Source: Asterias rubens (taxonomy: Eukaryota). Taken from it: 64,000 nucleotides of DNA. A program made the translations under genes and the position numbers. Shown piece by piece: positions 37,101-56,690 of the stretch (position 1 is its first letter; each line of letters starts with the position of its first letter). The DNA is taken from NCBI RefSeq assembly GCF_902459465.1, contig NC_047080.1, forward strand, positions 186,001-250,000, given 5' to 3'. The notes beneath the pieces are model-generated. The model was given only the letters and a program-made list of their open reading frames with translations, was not told the DNA's origin and made no database searches.

Positions 37101-38865
37101 TGGATGTGGACGGAGTCTTCCTCATCCATCTCATCTAAGGTCAGTTCGCGTTCTTCAAGTTTCTTAATAGCCCTACCAATTCTCTTCAGTATCAACTCTA
37201 GTTTGTTTATCTGTCTCTGTGAGCCTTTTCCTTTATCCTTTTTCTTCTCTTTCCGATCACTTTCTACACTTTTCATCGTCTTTCCATTTCTCTCATCTAG
37301 AGCTATAGTTGCAGGGGTATTAACACTTAGTGACGGCCCCGCCCCTTGATCAATATGTTCTTTCGCTGCATCATCATCATGCATCTCCTCAACCTCAGGT
37401 TGAGGTATGCGATCAGTTTTTAAATATTCAATTAAACTTCCACTGCTGATGGTTTCACAAGTCATCTCAAGATCAGCGGAGCCACCTTCTTCCTCTACTC
37501 TCCTGCATTGCTCCTTCTTGACTATCTGTGCATCATTCTGAGACTCATCATCCGAAACATTTGCTTCCTTCACCGCCTCTTTTCTTAAGTTGTCCGAGGC
37601 TTTCATTAACAAAGTCTTCACATCTTGAATGTGAACGTACACAGATTTCTTTTTGGATTGCAGGTCGGAGATGTGCTGCTCCAGAAGGTTGTGGAATTTT
37701 TCTGACTTGGTGTACTCCTTCCTTGCTTGAACAAATTTGTCCTTAAGAAGCTTGGTGATAGCATTCTGTTGGTTGGTCTTGAGAAGTGGCCTACACACAT
37801 CGATAAACTGAAAAGAGAGAACAATAAATCCTAATGTAAGTTATAAAACAGTATGAGGAAGTGTAACAATAAATTGAACCGTAACGCATACAAGTTGTTT
37901 TACAAATGTCCCACATGGCAGTCCTCTTTTCTATAGAATTTAGAATTTTTAGAATTTGTTAAGCTCTTTCCTGAGTGAGCTGAGGAGGTATATGTGAAAC
38001 ATCTTACTTTCACAGCCAGGTCGGAATGCCAATACGGTAACTTTCTGGAAAGTGACTGGAAAATATTTTGGCATACAGTACAAAAGTGCACAAAATGATA
38101 CAATACACCAATACAAACCTCGCTAGCTTGAGGGGAAAACTTCTTTACTTCTCGAAACATGTCCCAATTATTGTCCAACATTTTATGTCCAATATGTTTG
38201 GTTTTGTTATAGGCTAATTACTTTGCGCTTGTTTGGACAGTGGAAAAAAGAAATGATTGCTCAAAACTGTATTAAGACAATATGGTAGCCATCTTGCCTT
38301 GATTGAACAATAGAAATTTCTATAAATAGAAAATTCTATAAAACAATAGAAATTTTGGAATTTTGTCTTTTAAAAACCCAACAAAAGAACAAGCCAAGCA
38401 CCTGCTTGAAAAGTGAAATTATGTTTTATATTTCACTCGTTATTTTTGCTGTTGAAATCAATACATGTACTTTCATCTTTTAGTAGTTTAGTCAAAATTA
38501 GACATACGCAAAATGTGCATGTTGCTTGAAAAGTCCAAACAACGTTTTTGTATATAACTATTTTTGCTAACTTATATTATAAATAATAACATATAACTAG
38601 AACTACCTCCATCCATCCATTCCATGCTTCTAATTTTAATAATAAAAACTAAACTTTAAAATAAATCCCGTTGCGAGTTTTGACGAAATTCAAATCAATT
38701 CATATCCCCCATTTTCTTTTTAACAATTTCACTCTTAACCGATAAGAAACGTACCTTTTTCAATACATCTTTGTTTGCGATACTTGGAGGTTCAATTTCA
38801 TAAGATACTTCTTCGTCCGAACTACTCATTATTTCAATCACTTCTTCCTCAATTTTAAGCGCCAT
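34161..38865 (-). CDS. DAXX: Death domain-associated protein 6 (H3.3 chaperone), about 957 aa
   Basis: Exons 38755-38865, 35854-37807, 34161-34969 (2874 nt, phases match). N-terminal SIM-like VIEIMSSSDEE, helical bundle FIDVC..SEKFHNLL..VYVHIQDV, histone-binding domain GSQRQINKLE..ELTLDEM..TGRVIEQKIHYEGTRFPEINKKLER..FPDFPDV..VGRKLQKRRQQD, C-terminal VICITDSD-stop. Confidence 0.95.
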
Positions 38866-39891
38866 CTTGATATTAAGAAGGATGAGCAACCAACAAGTGG
38901 GGGCGCTATTGCCGCCTGCTCTTTTTTCTCTGTATAATCAAAATCATACCAGCCGGTTGCCAGTGCTCATCATAGGAATTTTTTCTTCATCTATTTATTT
39001 TGGTAGAACGGTAACTTTGATACCAGCCTACATTTTTGGGTGGGGAATTTCAGCGTTGCTACCATTTGAACAGACCAGTCGCTACTTTCAAAAAGAGTGT
39101 GATGGCAGATATTTTGTCCTGCCTCATTCTATCAAACCCTTTTTGATTGCACCCCTTTAGGACGTGTGGCATGGTCCAGCTAGGATATCATGGCATTATG
39201 GTGGAGCTGACCATGTGTGTGCATGTGGTGGCTAAGACATTGGGATATTAAAATTAAGTCAACGTGTGATAACAACGGCTAATGTTTATGGTTATTCAAT
39301 ATTCAAAGCTCACCTTACTGTTTTGTCCACACTTCATGCAAATTTCTCAACATAGTTGTACAGCACAACCGTACGGTATGTCAATCCATAGAAACCGGGA
39401 CTGAGATAGGGGGGCCTAACATCACACAGATTCCCTATGCTATGACACTGGGGAGGAAGATTATTATAATCTGAGCCCAACCATGGAGGAAAATTTATGG
39501 TCCAACCATGGAGGAAGAAAACCATGGTTCAACTGAAAAATTTTGGACCCCATAACTGTGACTGCACGAGGACTATTTTATGCGTTTTATTCCTCCATGA
39601 TGTCCTCTTTATGCAATAAACAGACTGTCTGCCATTCCAGCTCAATGATGATCTGATCAATTTTAAACTGGTTACGAATCATCACCAACGGGGAACATTC
39701 TTTGTCTGAGCTGCTGATAGGGTGTAAGCATGGTGTAAGGAAGCGTTTTGTGCCTCATTTCACATGACTTTACCTATGGGAGGTTCGACAGTGTGTACTA
39801 TTGTTCCTGACATACAAAGGTTAATCCTTCCATAGGCAAAGTCTCTGGAAGTTTTCAATGGGGTGGGTTTTGCCGGACCCTTGCTTGTTTT

Positions 39892-39899
39892 TTCCCACG
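39892..39899 (-). promoter_or_regulatory. CSL/Su(H) binding site upstream of NRARP
   Basis: TTCCCACG is the reverse complement of the high-affinity CGTGGGAA site, about 690 bp upstream of the NRARP ATG. Confidence 0.55.
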
Positions 39900-40586
39900 G
39901 TATTGAAAAGGCGGTGATAAGCCCCTATCATCGCCCAATGTGTTTTGGCGTGCGTTCCGCTCATGACTATGGTGCAGCAACTGTGTGTCCCCACCACGGT
40001 GTGGTGCACTTGTAGTTCAATTTGTAGTTCGCTCCCTATCCCTACAAACTGATGCACGCCCTATGGTCCACGTGCGTTCTCGATGGTTTTCTAAGGTAAA
40101 AAATGAACACACGGGGTATAGGAAAATCACGGAGCCTCTGCATACAATCACTTGATCTCTGTGAGTGCGAACAGTTTGCAATTCACGCAATTGAAAGTCC
40201 TCTTTTATCATGTTAATACCCGACCTTTCGCTGAAGCTTAAATAATTCTTTTACAGGCCACGTGAGTGGAGCTGTAAGTGCGATATTGCAGGCACTGGGC
40301 GATCGCATGCACGGTCCACCGAATCTATCGCAGGGGACCATAGAACAGTTCTGGACCCGTGCGCCGGGCTGGCCGTCTGTCAACCAACACCAGTAGGATA
40401 TTCTCGTACATTTTGAGACGAAATTGAAGCCAGGATCAGCGTTAAAGTTCCACCATGTGTTGGGAAAGTATCGAATGAGCATGAAGGCTTTCACTATCCG
40501 GATGAAAAGGCTATAGATCGCTCGTTTTCGTTGGACTTGGAAGTATTTTGTTGGCCGTTCCGTCCGATGTGCTCGTGTGCAATAAC

Positions 40587-40916
40587 ATGTCATCAACTGC
40601 AATACACAGCAACCAGCAACGAAGTTTTCACGAAGCCGTAAAGAGGGGGGACCCAAACGAGCTGACCCGGCTTCTACGGAGTAATATTTCAGGTACGGTA
40701 AACGTGAATGTATTCGATGGAGACGGCCAGACCCCGCTTCATCAGAGCGTTCTGGTCGGCAACTTGGAACTTGTCAAACTCCTCGTGCAGTTTGGAGCTG
40801 ATGTACGGCTCGCGAACAGAGATGGGTGGAATGCACTACACATAGCAGCCTACGGTGGCCACGACGATATAGTACTCTACCTCATCCGACGGCGTGGGGG
40901 CGATCGGAAGCGGTGA
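40587..40916 (+). CDS. NRARP: Notch-regulated ankyrin repeat protein, intronless, 109 aa
   Basis: Single exon. FHEAVKRGD.., VNVNVFDGDGQTPLHQSVLVGNLELVKLLVQFGADVRLANRDGWNALHIAAYGGHDDIVLYLI matches the NRARP ankyrin signature and size. ATG at 40587 chosen over the upstream non-ATG start in the ORF track. Confidence 0.93.
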   Translation: MSSTAIHSNQQRSFHEAVKRGDPNELTRLLRSNISGTVNVNVFDGDGQTPLHQSVLVGNLELVKLLVQFGADVRLANRDGWNALHIAAYGGHDDIVLYLIRRRGGDRKR

Positions 40917-41356
40917 CGGCACGAGAATGTCTCCGCTCAACGCCAAGAATCCTCCTTGTTTTATTCCCATTTCCACCACCGTTTGAGAGTGTCTTCTTGT
41001 TCTTCATATATGGAGGAATAAAATATAGCGTTACGGATGTTAGCTGTTAACCTCCTCCACAATAGAGGAAGATTAATCACAACGCAAAGGAAAAGACACA
41101 TCGACAACAACAATACAACCACAACAACAACAACAACAACAACACTTGCGTTATGGTGCTGTGAATCCAAGTTCTGCAAGAAGGTGTATAATCAAACTGT
41201 GTGACTTCCATACTAATCGGCATACACTCTGCCAGAACAGATATCAACTTGGCCTCTAAAATGTTGTTTGCAAACAACCTCAGATTGGGCGTTCTGTTTT
41301 TTAAGCATGGAGGAAGAGAACGAGATGTGTGTAGGCTTACAAAAGGCGACAGTCCC

Positions 41357-41492
41357 GAGCCCAATTTCATAACAGCTGCTAAAGCAGAAAATACTCCTTT
41401 AACGTTTTCTGCTACCAAAATAATTCTGGTAAGCAAAATTTTGTTTTGCTGAGCTACTTTTTGTGCCTAAGCAGCACTATGAAATTGGGCCC
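41357..41492. mobile_element. PIF/Harbinger-like MITE family
   Basis: G(A/G)GCCCAATTTCAT..ATGAAATTGGGCC TIRs. Other copies at 10964-11155 and 53719-53894, and a partial copy at 7382. Confidence 0.7.
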
Positions 41493-42467
41493 AGTTTAAA
41501 ACATGAACTGCTCTTAAGACGTTTTCATAAGTCATCACTTCAAGACGCTCTTTTGATTGTCTAAAATTGTGTTTTTTTTATGAAAAGGGAACAATTTATC
41601 ATAATGGAAGAGATTATAATAATTAAACACAACTGCCTTTCTGTATTATTATTATTATTATTATTTTGATTAGCCATACTATAATATTGGTCATTTAAAA
41701 TTTTCAAGGAAGTGGTACATTTACAGAAAGTTTTAATTCTGAAATCATCATATTATGCAACTTTGTGAAAATGTTGTCTGAATTTGTCACTATTTTGATG
41801 CAACATCAAGCACGAATGTTTAACCAAAGATTTCATGCATTTGGTTTGGGGTTTTCTTGTTTTTTCTATTTCATTTGAAGATGGGGGCAAGTCTCTTCAA
41901 ATGTTTCTTCAACTTTTCAAATGTCAAGACAGATATTGCCAGGGAGATTGGATCTGCGGGCTGACCAATGGGCTTCCTGTTTTTAAAAATGATGAGGGTG
42001 TAGACCATTTTAAAACTTTTTAAATTAAATTTCGCAGTTTTCAAATTGCTGGTGACTGTAATACTCTGGAGTGATGTTGTATTTGAAAACACACCATTTT
42101 ACTACGATATTCACATCTATTCCAAAGAGTGGTTTCGTGGTTCAAAGATTCTTTTAAAAGGAATACTCATTCAACAACATAATGATTTACAACAGAAAAT
42201 TATTTTGTAATGTCATCCTGATGTTTGTAACCACTAAAGGGACTCAAATTCCTTTTGATAACTTATTTGATGTGATCAAAACAGTTAGATATGATTTAAG
42301 AAAATGGAAAACCCTGTAAATCTATGAGATAATGGAGCCGTGCGTCATTGATGCCTGGTAAATAATTGTTGTTGAACAGTGTTTCCAATGAAAGTTCAAA
42401 CATGCAAAAAGTTTGAATACTGAAAAAATGGTCAACACCCACACGCCAGAGTAATTTTAAAGGCACC

Positions 42468-42603
42468 GGGGTCGATTTCACAAAGAGTTAGGACTAGTCC
42501 TAACTTAGGACTAGTCCTAGGAGATATACAAACTGCATGGATAGTCCTAAGTTAGGACGAGTAACTGGTCCTAACGCGACTAACTCTTTGTGAAATCCAC
42601 CCC
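42468..42603. mobile_element. Palindromic MITE nested in the left TIR of a TTAAAGG-type MITE
   Basis: GGGGTCGATTTCACAAAGAGTTAG..CTAACTCTTTGTGAAATCCACCC splits the host sequence TTAAAGGCAC|TGGACAC. Confidence 0.75.
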
Positions 42604-45237
42604 CTGGACACGATTGGTAGTTACTCAAAAATAGTTGTAAGCACAACAATTTACTTGGTAACGAGCAATGAAAACTGTTGATATATTTTTTTTAGTATAA
42701 AACATTGTGAGAAACGGCTCCCTCTGACTCTGAAGTAACGTAGTTTTTGAGAAAGAGGAAATTTCTCATCAATTTAAGACTTTAGCTAAAGCCTTTTATT
42801 ATGCGTCTGATAGCACACAAAGTAATGCAGCAGTTATGGTGTATTATTTTGCCCACTTTGTTGGTGATGACTTCAATAGAGACTCAGTGGTCGAAAAATC
42901 TGGCCAGTAACTGTTTGTGAAGGTTTAAACAGGGTATAGTTTTAATGTCACAATCATTTTATTGTCATTATTGGTATGTTCGAAAGAAGTTGGTCTTTTA
43001 CACAAAGTTACAATGTGTAGGCCTACCCTGCATGCCCAAAATGTACATGTACTGTAGTTTTTACCCTTAATCCGCCATATGCCTCTTCGTTTACCCTTTG
43101 TGTCCCTCCAGTGCACCTTCCATGTACCCCTTGTGTACCCTTCATGTACCTTTACCTGTTGTTGACATAACATCACAGCCAGGTATTTTGTTAAATTTCT
43201 TGAATACCGCAAGACGAAAAGAAATCCGCGGTAGCAGCAAGTCCAGGGTCACCTGCCATTGTTAGGCCCCATCGGATCTTCTGTTTGCCAAGTCACGGCA
43301 CCAGAAAAGAGCAGAAATTTCTTTCAAAGGGTCACACCAGTGTGCAAGGAAGCGTGTTCTTGCTAAAAAGGCCCTGTTGTTTATCTAACGAATAGCAGGG
43401 TTAACCAGGTCTTCGGTTCTTGGTGGTAGGCCATTTGCTTTGGCGCCTTAACCTTTCGTGATTTGCAGGGTTTTTTTTCTTGCTAGATTCTACTCTGGCA
43501 TTTGAAACTTGAATGCAACCTCTGGGTCACAAAATTCAAGACCTTTCCCACATTTTATTATTATTATCGTTTTGTGTGGCCTTTGTGAAGTTAAAAAAGA
43601 ACATGTAAAGGTGACCCTTTCAATTTGTCTTTTTATAAAGGTATGAGCCGCCCCTAGAATTATATCGTGTAGATTAATTCGATTAACATTCGATACTTTT
43701 ACACACTTTGAAGTTTTGGATCCTACACTTCATGTTTGCTAAACACGAAGTTTGACATTTACAGCAAATCAACACCCCAAAAAAGCATATCAAGATTTTA
43801 AGTTTAAAACCTATAAAATGTGTACCACTTCCTTAATAAAAGAACTGTATATCAATATGTTGATGTGACGTGTTCAAAATCGAATGACCTATTTTGTGAG
43901 TATTTAAATAATTATGTGTTATCATTGCAGTATATACTGTACACATTGGCATAGCCGAATGTATATTTTGGCATTATGAATATTAAAAAAGGCATTTTAT
44001 ACTTTTCATAACCTTTTCAGTATTGTATTTGAATTAAACAAAATAGTTGTTAATAATCATTCAAGTATATGTATCACTGCCATGTATTACCTTAATCACC
44101 AGTTATTATTGTAATCAAATGTTATGTATAATAATTTATCAAATATTCTTGAAGTGTTGTCGAAACTGGTACAGGGGTCCGGCTCCAGCTCTTATCGTTT
44201 CGCGAGCTTGGCTACAAACTTCAACTCATGAGCCTGATGGTTTCTGATTTCGAAAACGCACCATAAAAAAATAACCCAACGCCATACCAAGGCCGTCTAG
44301 TTGTTGGGACACCTTGACTTTGTGTCTAACCAAAAATAAACCAGCCATGCATGATATTATTATTAAAAAAAGCAATGATTGTATTCATCACGTGATGTTA
44401 AATAAACTGTTATGGACAAAGATTCATGTCTCTTTGCTAAAATTAGTTACTGTGTGTCGTACGATCGTTGTTTGTCTTCTAAACACGACTCTATAGTTAC
44501 ACCAAGGTCGCTGGGGGACTGTCCAAAATGTATCTCTTTATAGCATAAACGCTGTGTAATAAGAGGACTGCAAAACAAAGAACCACAAACCAGAAATTGG
44601 ATTCAGCAGGAGAGGACTTCGGAATCTATTCTTTATAAGCAAACATAACTGCTCTTTGTAACGAAGGCGACTGTATACCAGTGACAACAATGATATGGTC
44701 CACATTGTGTAGTTGCAATTGAGTACACGAGGCAATATTGCTTCCAGACTATCTTTTCTATGAAGAACTCTCACAAACTTTGTTCTTATGTTTTAAAAAC
44801 ACAAAATCACTGTGATTGCAAACTCAGTGCAGTTTGGTTTACCTCCAAGTTGATTGCTATGTGACCGTGTAACACCTTCAATATTATATTGTGATTGGAA
44901 CCACAAACTTTCAATTCAATTCAATTCAATTAATTTATTTCATCACAGATTACATGTAAAAAGTGAAAATTGTTTTTCATGTGTGCACTAAACAGACTCA
45001 AATTTGGCACTTATAGAAAAACAAAAACATAACATTTTAAAAACACAAAATCTGCGTTTCACTTCGAGTATCCTTTCCCTCATTAAGTTTAGGCTCAGAG
45101 CAGTAGGCTAGATTAGAAACAGGTTCTGGTGTGTAATTGATTGGTTATTGGTTCAATGACGTAAAAGCCCCGTCCCAAAAGCAGTGTTTTGATTGGCTAA
45201 ACAAAATTGCCAAAATCGAGGAGGGCAAGGTCCAGTG

Positions 45238-45353
45238 TAGACTTGACTCAAGTCCCTGTAACGTCAGAAAACTTTTGTAAAGCCGGTCCCTCAACCATTA
45301 GTAGGCTTTTGATTCAAAAGAGGGCGCTATCGGAGGAAGTTGAATCAAGTCTA
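45238..45353. mobile_element. TAG..CTA hairpin MITE in the PHYHD1 promoter
   Basis: TAGACTTGACTCAA / TTGAATCAAGTCTA TIRs. No TSD seen. Confidence 0.55.
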
Positions 45354-45515
45354 GGCGTCCGGTTGCGCACGTGCGCATCTTTCTAGTGTGTGTATACATA
45401 ACAATGTTTTCACGGACGACAACAACTTAACTGGAACCAACAGGCGGTCTTTTGAGATCTCTTAAGAAATAGAATACGCCATAATTATCCGAAAACGTGT
45501 GCGAACAAAATAATT

Positions 45516-52369
<6,854 letters not shown>

Positions 52370-55300
52370 ACATCTGTATGTATGATCCTTCACCTTTGAC
52401 CCAGTTCAGATCAACAGCTGAGTGTGTGTGAGTACAGCAGGCGTTGAGTTTCGTTGAGTTACTGTTCAATCATCCATTCATACATCTGTTGTTATTGATC
52501 ACAATTGAACCATTAAGTTAGAGATGTTTGCAGTGGCAACGTATCGTTGGTTGTAAATATGTCTGAAAGAGCATTTCTGGAGATGATCAGTGCATTCTGA
52601 GTTGGTTCAGCACCAACTCTTTTTAGAGGCACCAAGTCTCTATTAGGGGAAAGCTCCATTAAAGAAAGAGGCCAGAACATTACATCCTTTTCATCTTTAC
52701 CAAATCACACCATGTAATGCCCCTGGCAGATTAATCCTGCATCCATTAAGTTTAAAGACCCAAGTAATAACAATGTAAACACACTCACGCACTGAATAGG
52801 ATGTACAGATTCCAGGTTTTGGTGGCCAAACTTCTTTAATTCTTCAATGGAGCTTACCCGTAATAATGCTAAGGATAGACTTCCATGATGCTGCAGCAAA
52901 CTTCTCTAGCTTGTATTTCCACCAACTTTTAAGTTCTACTAACCAAAAGCCATATAAAGGGATGGTCGATCAGAAAATGTTCATCTTATGTTTCAAGAAA
53001 ATGTTTGAGAAAGACAGATGGATTTCAAAATGAGCTATGGTAGCTATTGAAATGTTCATTTTTTTAAGACAGAATTGTAAACAAGGGACCTTCACTTTGG
53101 CGTTTTGAAGTAGTAATTTTTTTCAAAGAGGTGATGGTTTATAATTCATTGAATAACTCATTTGTTACTTACTGATTCGTTACTTTAAATTTAAATTTGT
53201 AAATTTAACTTTTAACGTTCAAACATTAAATCTTATAGGCTCAATATTCCATGCATGTTACTTCTACGATAATTTGTAACAAATTGCTTGATTGTATTAA
53301 TGTGATTCATTATTTTATGTTTTATGTTGTGCATATATGCTCCTGCACTTTATGTTATATAAGTGTTAACATTATTATTATTTTGCGATCAAAATATTAT
53401 TTTTTATTTTTTTAAAATTCTTTTATTCCTCTTTCAATTGATGCAGATGAAAATAACATTATTAATATTAAACGGGTTATATAAAACAATGAAATATATT
53501 TTGTTACCAATTTGTATATACCTATGACACTGGAGAGAACAAGTACGGACAATTTCTACTATGTTGCACCCTTGCTATTTTTGGGGTATATCTTAGCAGA
53601 TGAGAAATATTGCTACTATTAAAGTTACCCATCAATTATTACTGACATTGGGACCAAACAGTGACTCACATCCAGTAATGTACTCAAGAACTACATGTAC
53701 AGAACTATAGAGCACCTTGGACCAATTTTATAAAGTTGCTTGAGCAGAAAACAATGCTTTTGTCTGCTGAGCAGAAATGAGCAGGATATCAGTCACAAAT
53801 TGTACATGTGACATGGTAGTTTGGTTGGTAACTTCATTCTGGTAGGCCTGTGCTAAGCTAATTGTTGTGCTTAAGCAGCTATTGAAATTGGGCCTAGGAA
53901 GCAGTGTGGCCCAAAATATGTATTTAAAAAAAAAAAATCTCTGAATATATGATATTATGGTATAAGAAAATAAATTTGTGTAAATGGTGAGTTTCTCGGC
54001 CAGGTTCCACCTTGTTCTCAAACCTCCATGAATATTTAGAAGTGGAAAATAATGTGTTTTGTTGACACCATCCTAATTCTGTTCATGCTTGCTAAGGTTA
54101 AACCCTGACAACCCCATGATCATTTGGTTTGATATCGTAGTTTGTCTTTCATATCTTGGAACCAGTCATTCGTATCCAAGCTGCATCCAAGTGGTAACTT
54201 GTTGGGCATCAAGATACCATCATCTGGAGGCATATTGATAACAGGACCTTTCCTAGGTCTTGACTGAGTTTGATTGACTCAGTATTGCAGAAAACCAACA
54301 CCCTCATATTCTTTTAGGGACAGGCTCTCGAGTTTGCAATAGTCTAGAGGAGTTTTACTTTCAGAGTGTGACCTAGTTGATATTGATGCAGTTTATCTCA
54401 CACTTCGGACAGTTTTATTTCCCATTTCTAAGAATTGTCAAAGTTTGCAAGAAAGAACATGTCATACTGCAATTTGAGGGACAATATATTCTTTGATCGT
54501 AGAAAAAAATTTCTTGACGAAGCCGTGTTTGATCTGGGACACAGAGCACTGTTTATATCTTTTCCATATTCCATGAGCCCGTTTGTGATAAATAATAATC
54601 TTCAAGCAAACATTGATTTTTGCTGTATTTTTGACCGCGTGAGGGCGTATACGACCCGAATTTACGTGACGTAAATCAAGTAAACAAACTGCGGTTTATT
54701 TCATTGTTGATATTATATTCATATATTTCGTCATCGGTTCAAGAAAACGGTATACAGACAACTCAGATAAGATGGAACTGTAATATTTTGACGCAAGAAA
54801 ATTTCCCGATGAAAGCGCCCCCATGCGGTCAAAACAATGTAATAATTAGGGCTGTGGGTGACGCTTTACAATCCTGATATTGTAACTTAAACAGTAACTT
54901 AAACAGCGCGCTTTAATGGTTGTGAGTTGAGTTTCAAATGTTTTTTATGAGGAATGGGTCTAAGTTAATAACACAAGGGAGTTAAATGAACAACAACAGA
55001 GACACACAGTCATTGTTCTGGTAGGAGTGTTAGGAATTTTAATTAACACCTGTTGGCTTGTTAATTAATTACCAAAAGCATAATCTGCCTGTAAACTGGC
55101 AGGGAAAATACACACAAGTAAATATACAGATCTATGTCAATCCTACGTAAAAGTTGTTCAATGCTCACGTGTTGAATATTCATGAAGCAGATTAGGTAAT
55201 GAATAAATTAGTGAAAGTACAATAACAGAGAGCACAGAAAAAACATCTAATATATATACATTAATAATAAACTTTGTATAAATGGCTCATCAGCCTTTTT

Positions 55301-56690
55301 TAAACAATAAATAGGTCCTTGTGGAATACTTTTTCTCTTTTTAAAAAATCTTTAAGATAAATAATTATGTTAATTAATCAAGAAAGCAAAACATTTTTGT
55401 CTGACCGAACAATGGGCGCAGGGTTTAAGCAAATTGTTAAAATTAAGAAAGTCAAATTTAACATAAGAACAGACTGGCAGTGTATATCTGAACTTAATTT
55501 ATTCCTCCATGTTTAAGCCAAAAAGGGAAGAATAATTCACAAAGGTAAAAGCTCCATTATTGGTATAAACAGAACACTATTATTAATATCGGTAATATGT
55601 AGGCCTAACTTTGAATTTGTTTTCAATAAATTAACTTCCCAACTTGTCTGCTTGTTTGGAAAAGAAATTGTTTTCCATAAATATTGGTACTCTTAAAGTG
55701 TGCTGTTAAACTTTTGAAAAGTTCAAAAAATATACACTACAACATATCTGAAGAGATTTTTGAAGCTTTCAAGACGATCTAAAAAAAAAAAAAAACTTAA
55801 CAAAAACAAACTTGCTTGATCAAACGTTTTTTTATGTATATGTGCGCCAAAAAAAAGATCGTCTTTTGCACAGCAAATTGTGGAATATTCTACTAAGACA
55901 TTAAATCCCTATGGTTTGAAAGATTTATAATAAAGAATCATTCTATTTGCATAGGCCTACACATTCACAGAGACTGAGAAAGAAAAATATGACAGAGTGA
56001 TTTTAAAAATTAGTACAATATCTAGCCCGTTGGGGCTGCCTTGTTTTTAAACATTAATACAAACTTTAAAGGATGACGCTGTGATTGTGCGCACTGTCTC
56101 TCTCTACCTCCCTCTTGTGCCCGATTATGTTCAACTTGTCTTTGTATGAAGCTTGTCGAAATTTAGACTGGTCCCTTGTCCTAATCCGCAATGTTAATGA
56201 CGGATGTTTTTTTATGTATATGCCTACACATGTACGGCGGATTTAGCTGCGAAATTCCAGAACCATAATGGCCATGCGAGGTCAAAGGTGATTATGGACG
56301 TCACTCGACGGCAGATCTCTGGCGTAATTTACGATCCTCGAAGTGTGACGTCAGATGGTCAGGCTAGTATGTAGTGATACTGTGTATATCTACCTTTGGT
56401 TGATGTTGAGTGTTACCAGTGGCTTGGTTTTCTGCTGTCTTTTGAAATGGCAGGTTCTGTTGTAATATTTACAGTTTTTTTTTTATAGAGATGAGTTGGA
56501 CGCATTCTTTATGTTGTAAATCGGGGGAAGTGTTACTCCAACTTTGAATCCTTGAGAACAGCTTGTGGAATGGGTTGAGGAGGAAAACTGTCCACAACAA
56601 ATAAATAAATAAATAAGTAGTCCATGCAAATATACTGTATACCTATATTACAAGAGGATTGTTATTGGTTTGAGTTGAGGCACTCAGAGT

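Noticed and set aside
10673-38865. Functional clustering of the caspase and DAXX as an apoptosis module
   Set aside because: They are 18 kb apart with other loci between them and no shared regulatory evidence; proximity alone is insufficient.
39860-39900. Su(H) paired site
   Set aside because: The partner half-site (GTGGGTT) is mismatched and the spacing is wrong; only the single site was kept.
54030-54430. Coding-looking minus-strand frame (..KGPVINMPPDDGILMPNKLP..)
   Set aside because: Four stops in about 130 codons and no recognisable family; not distinguishable from chance.
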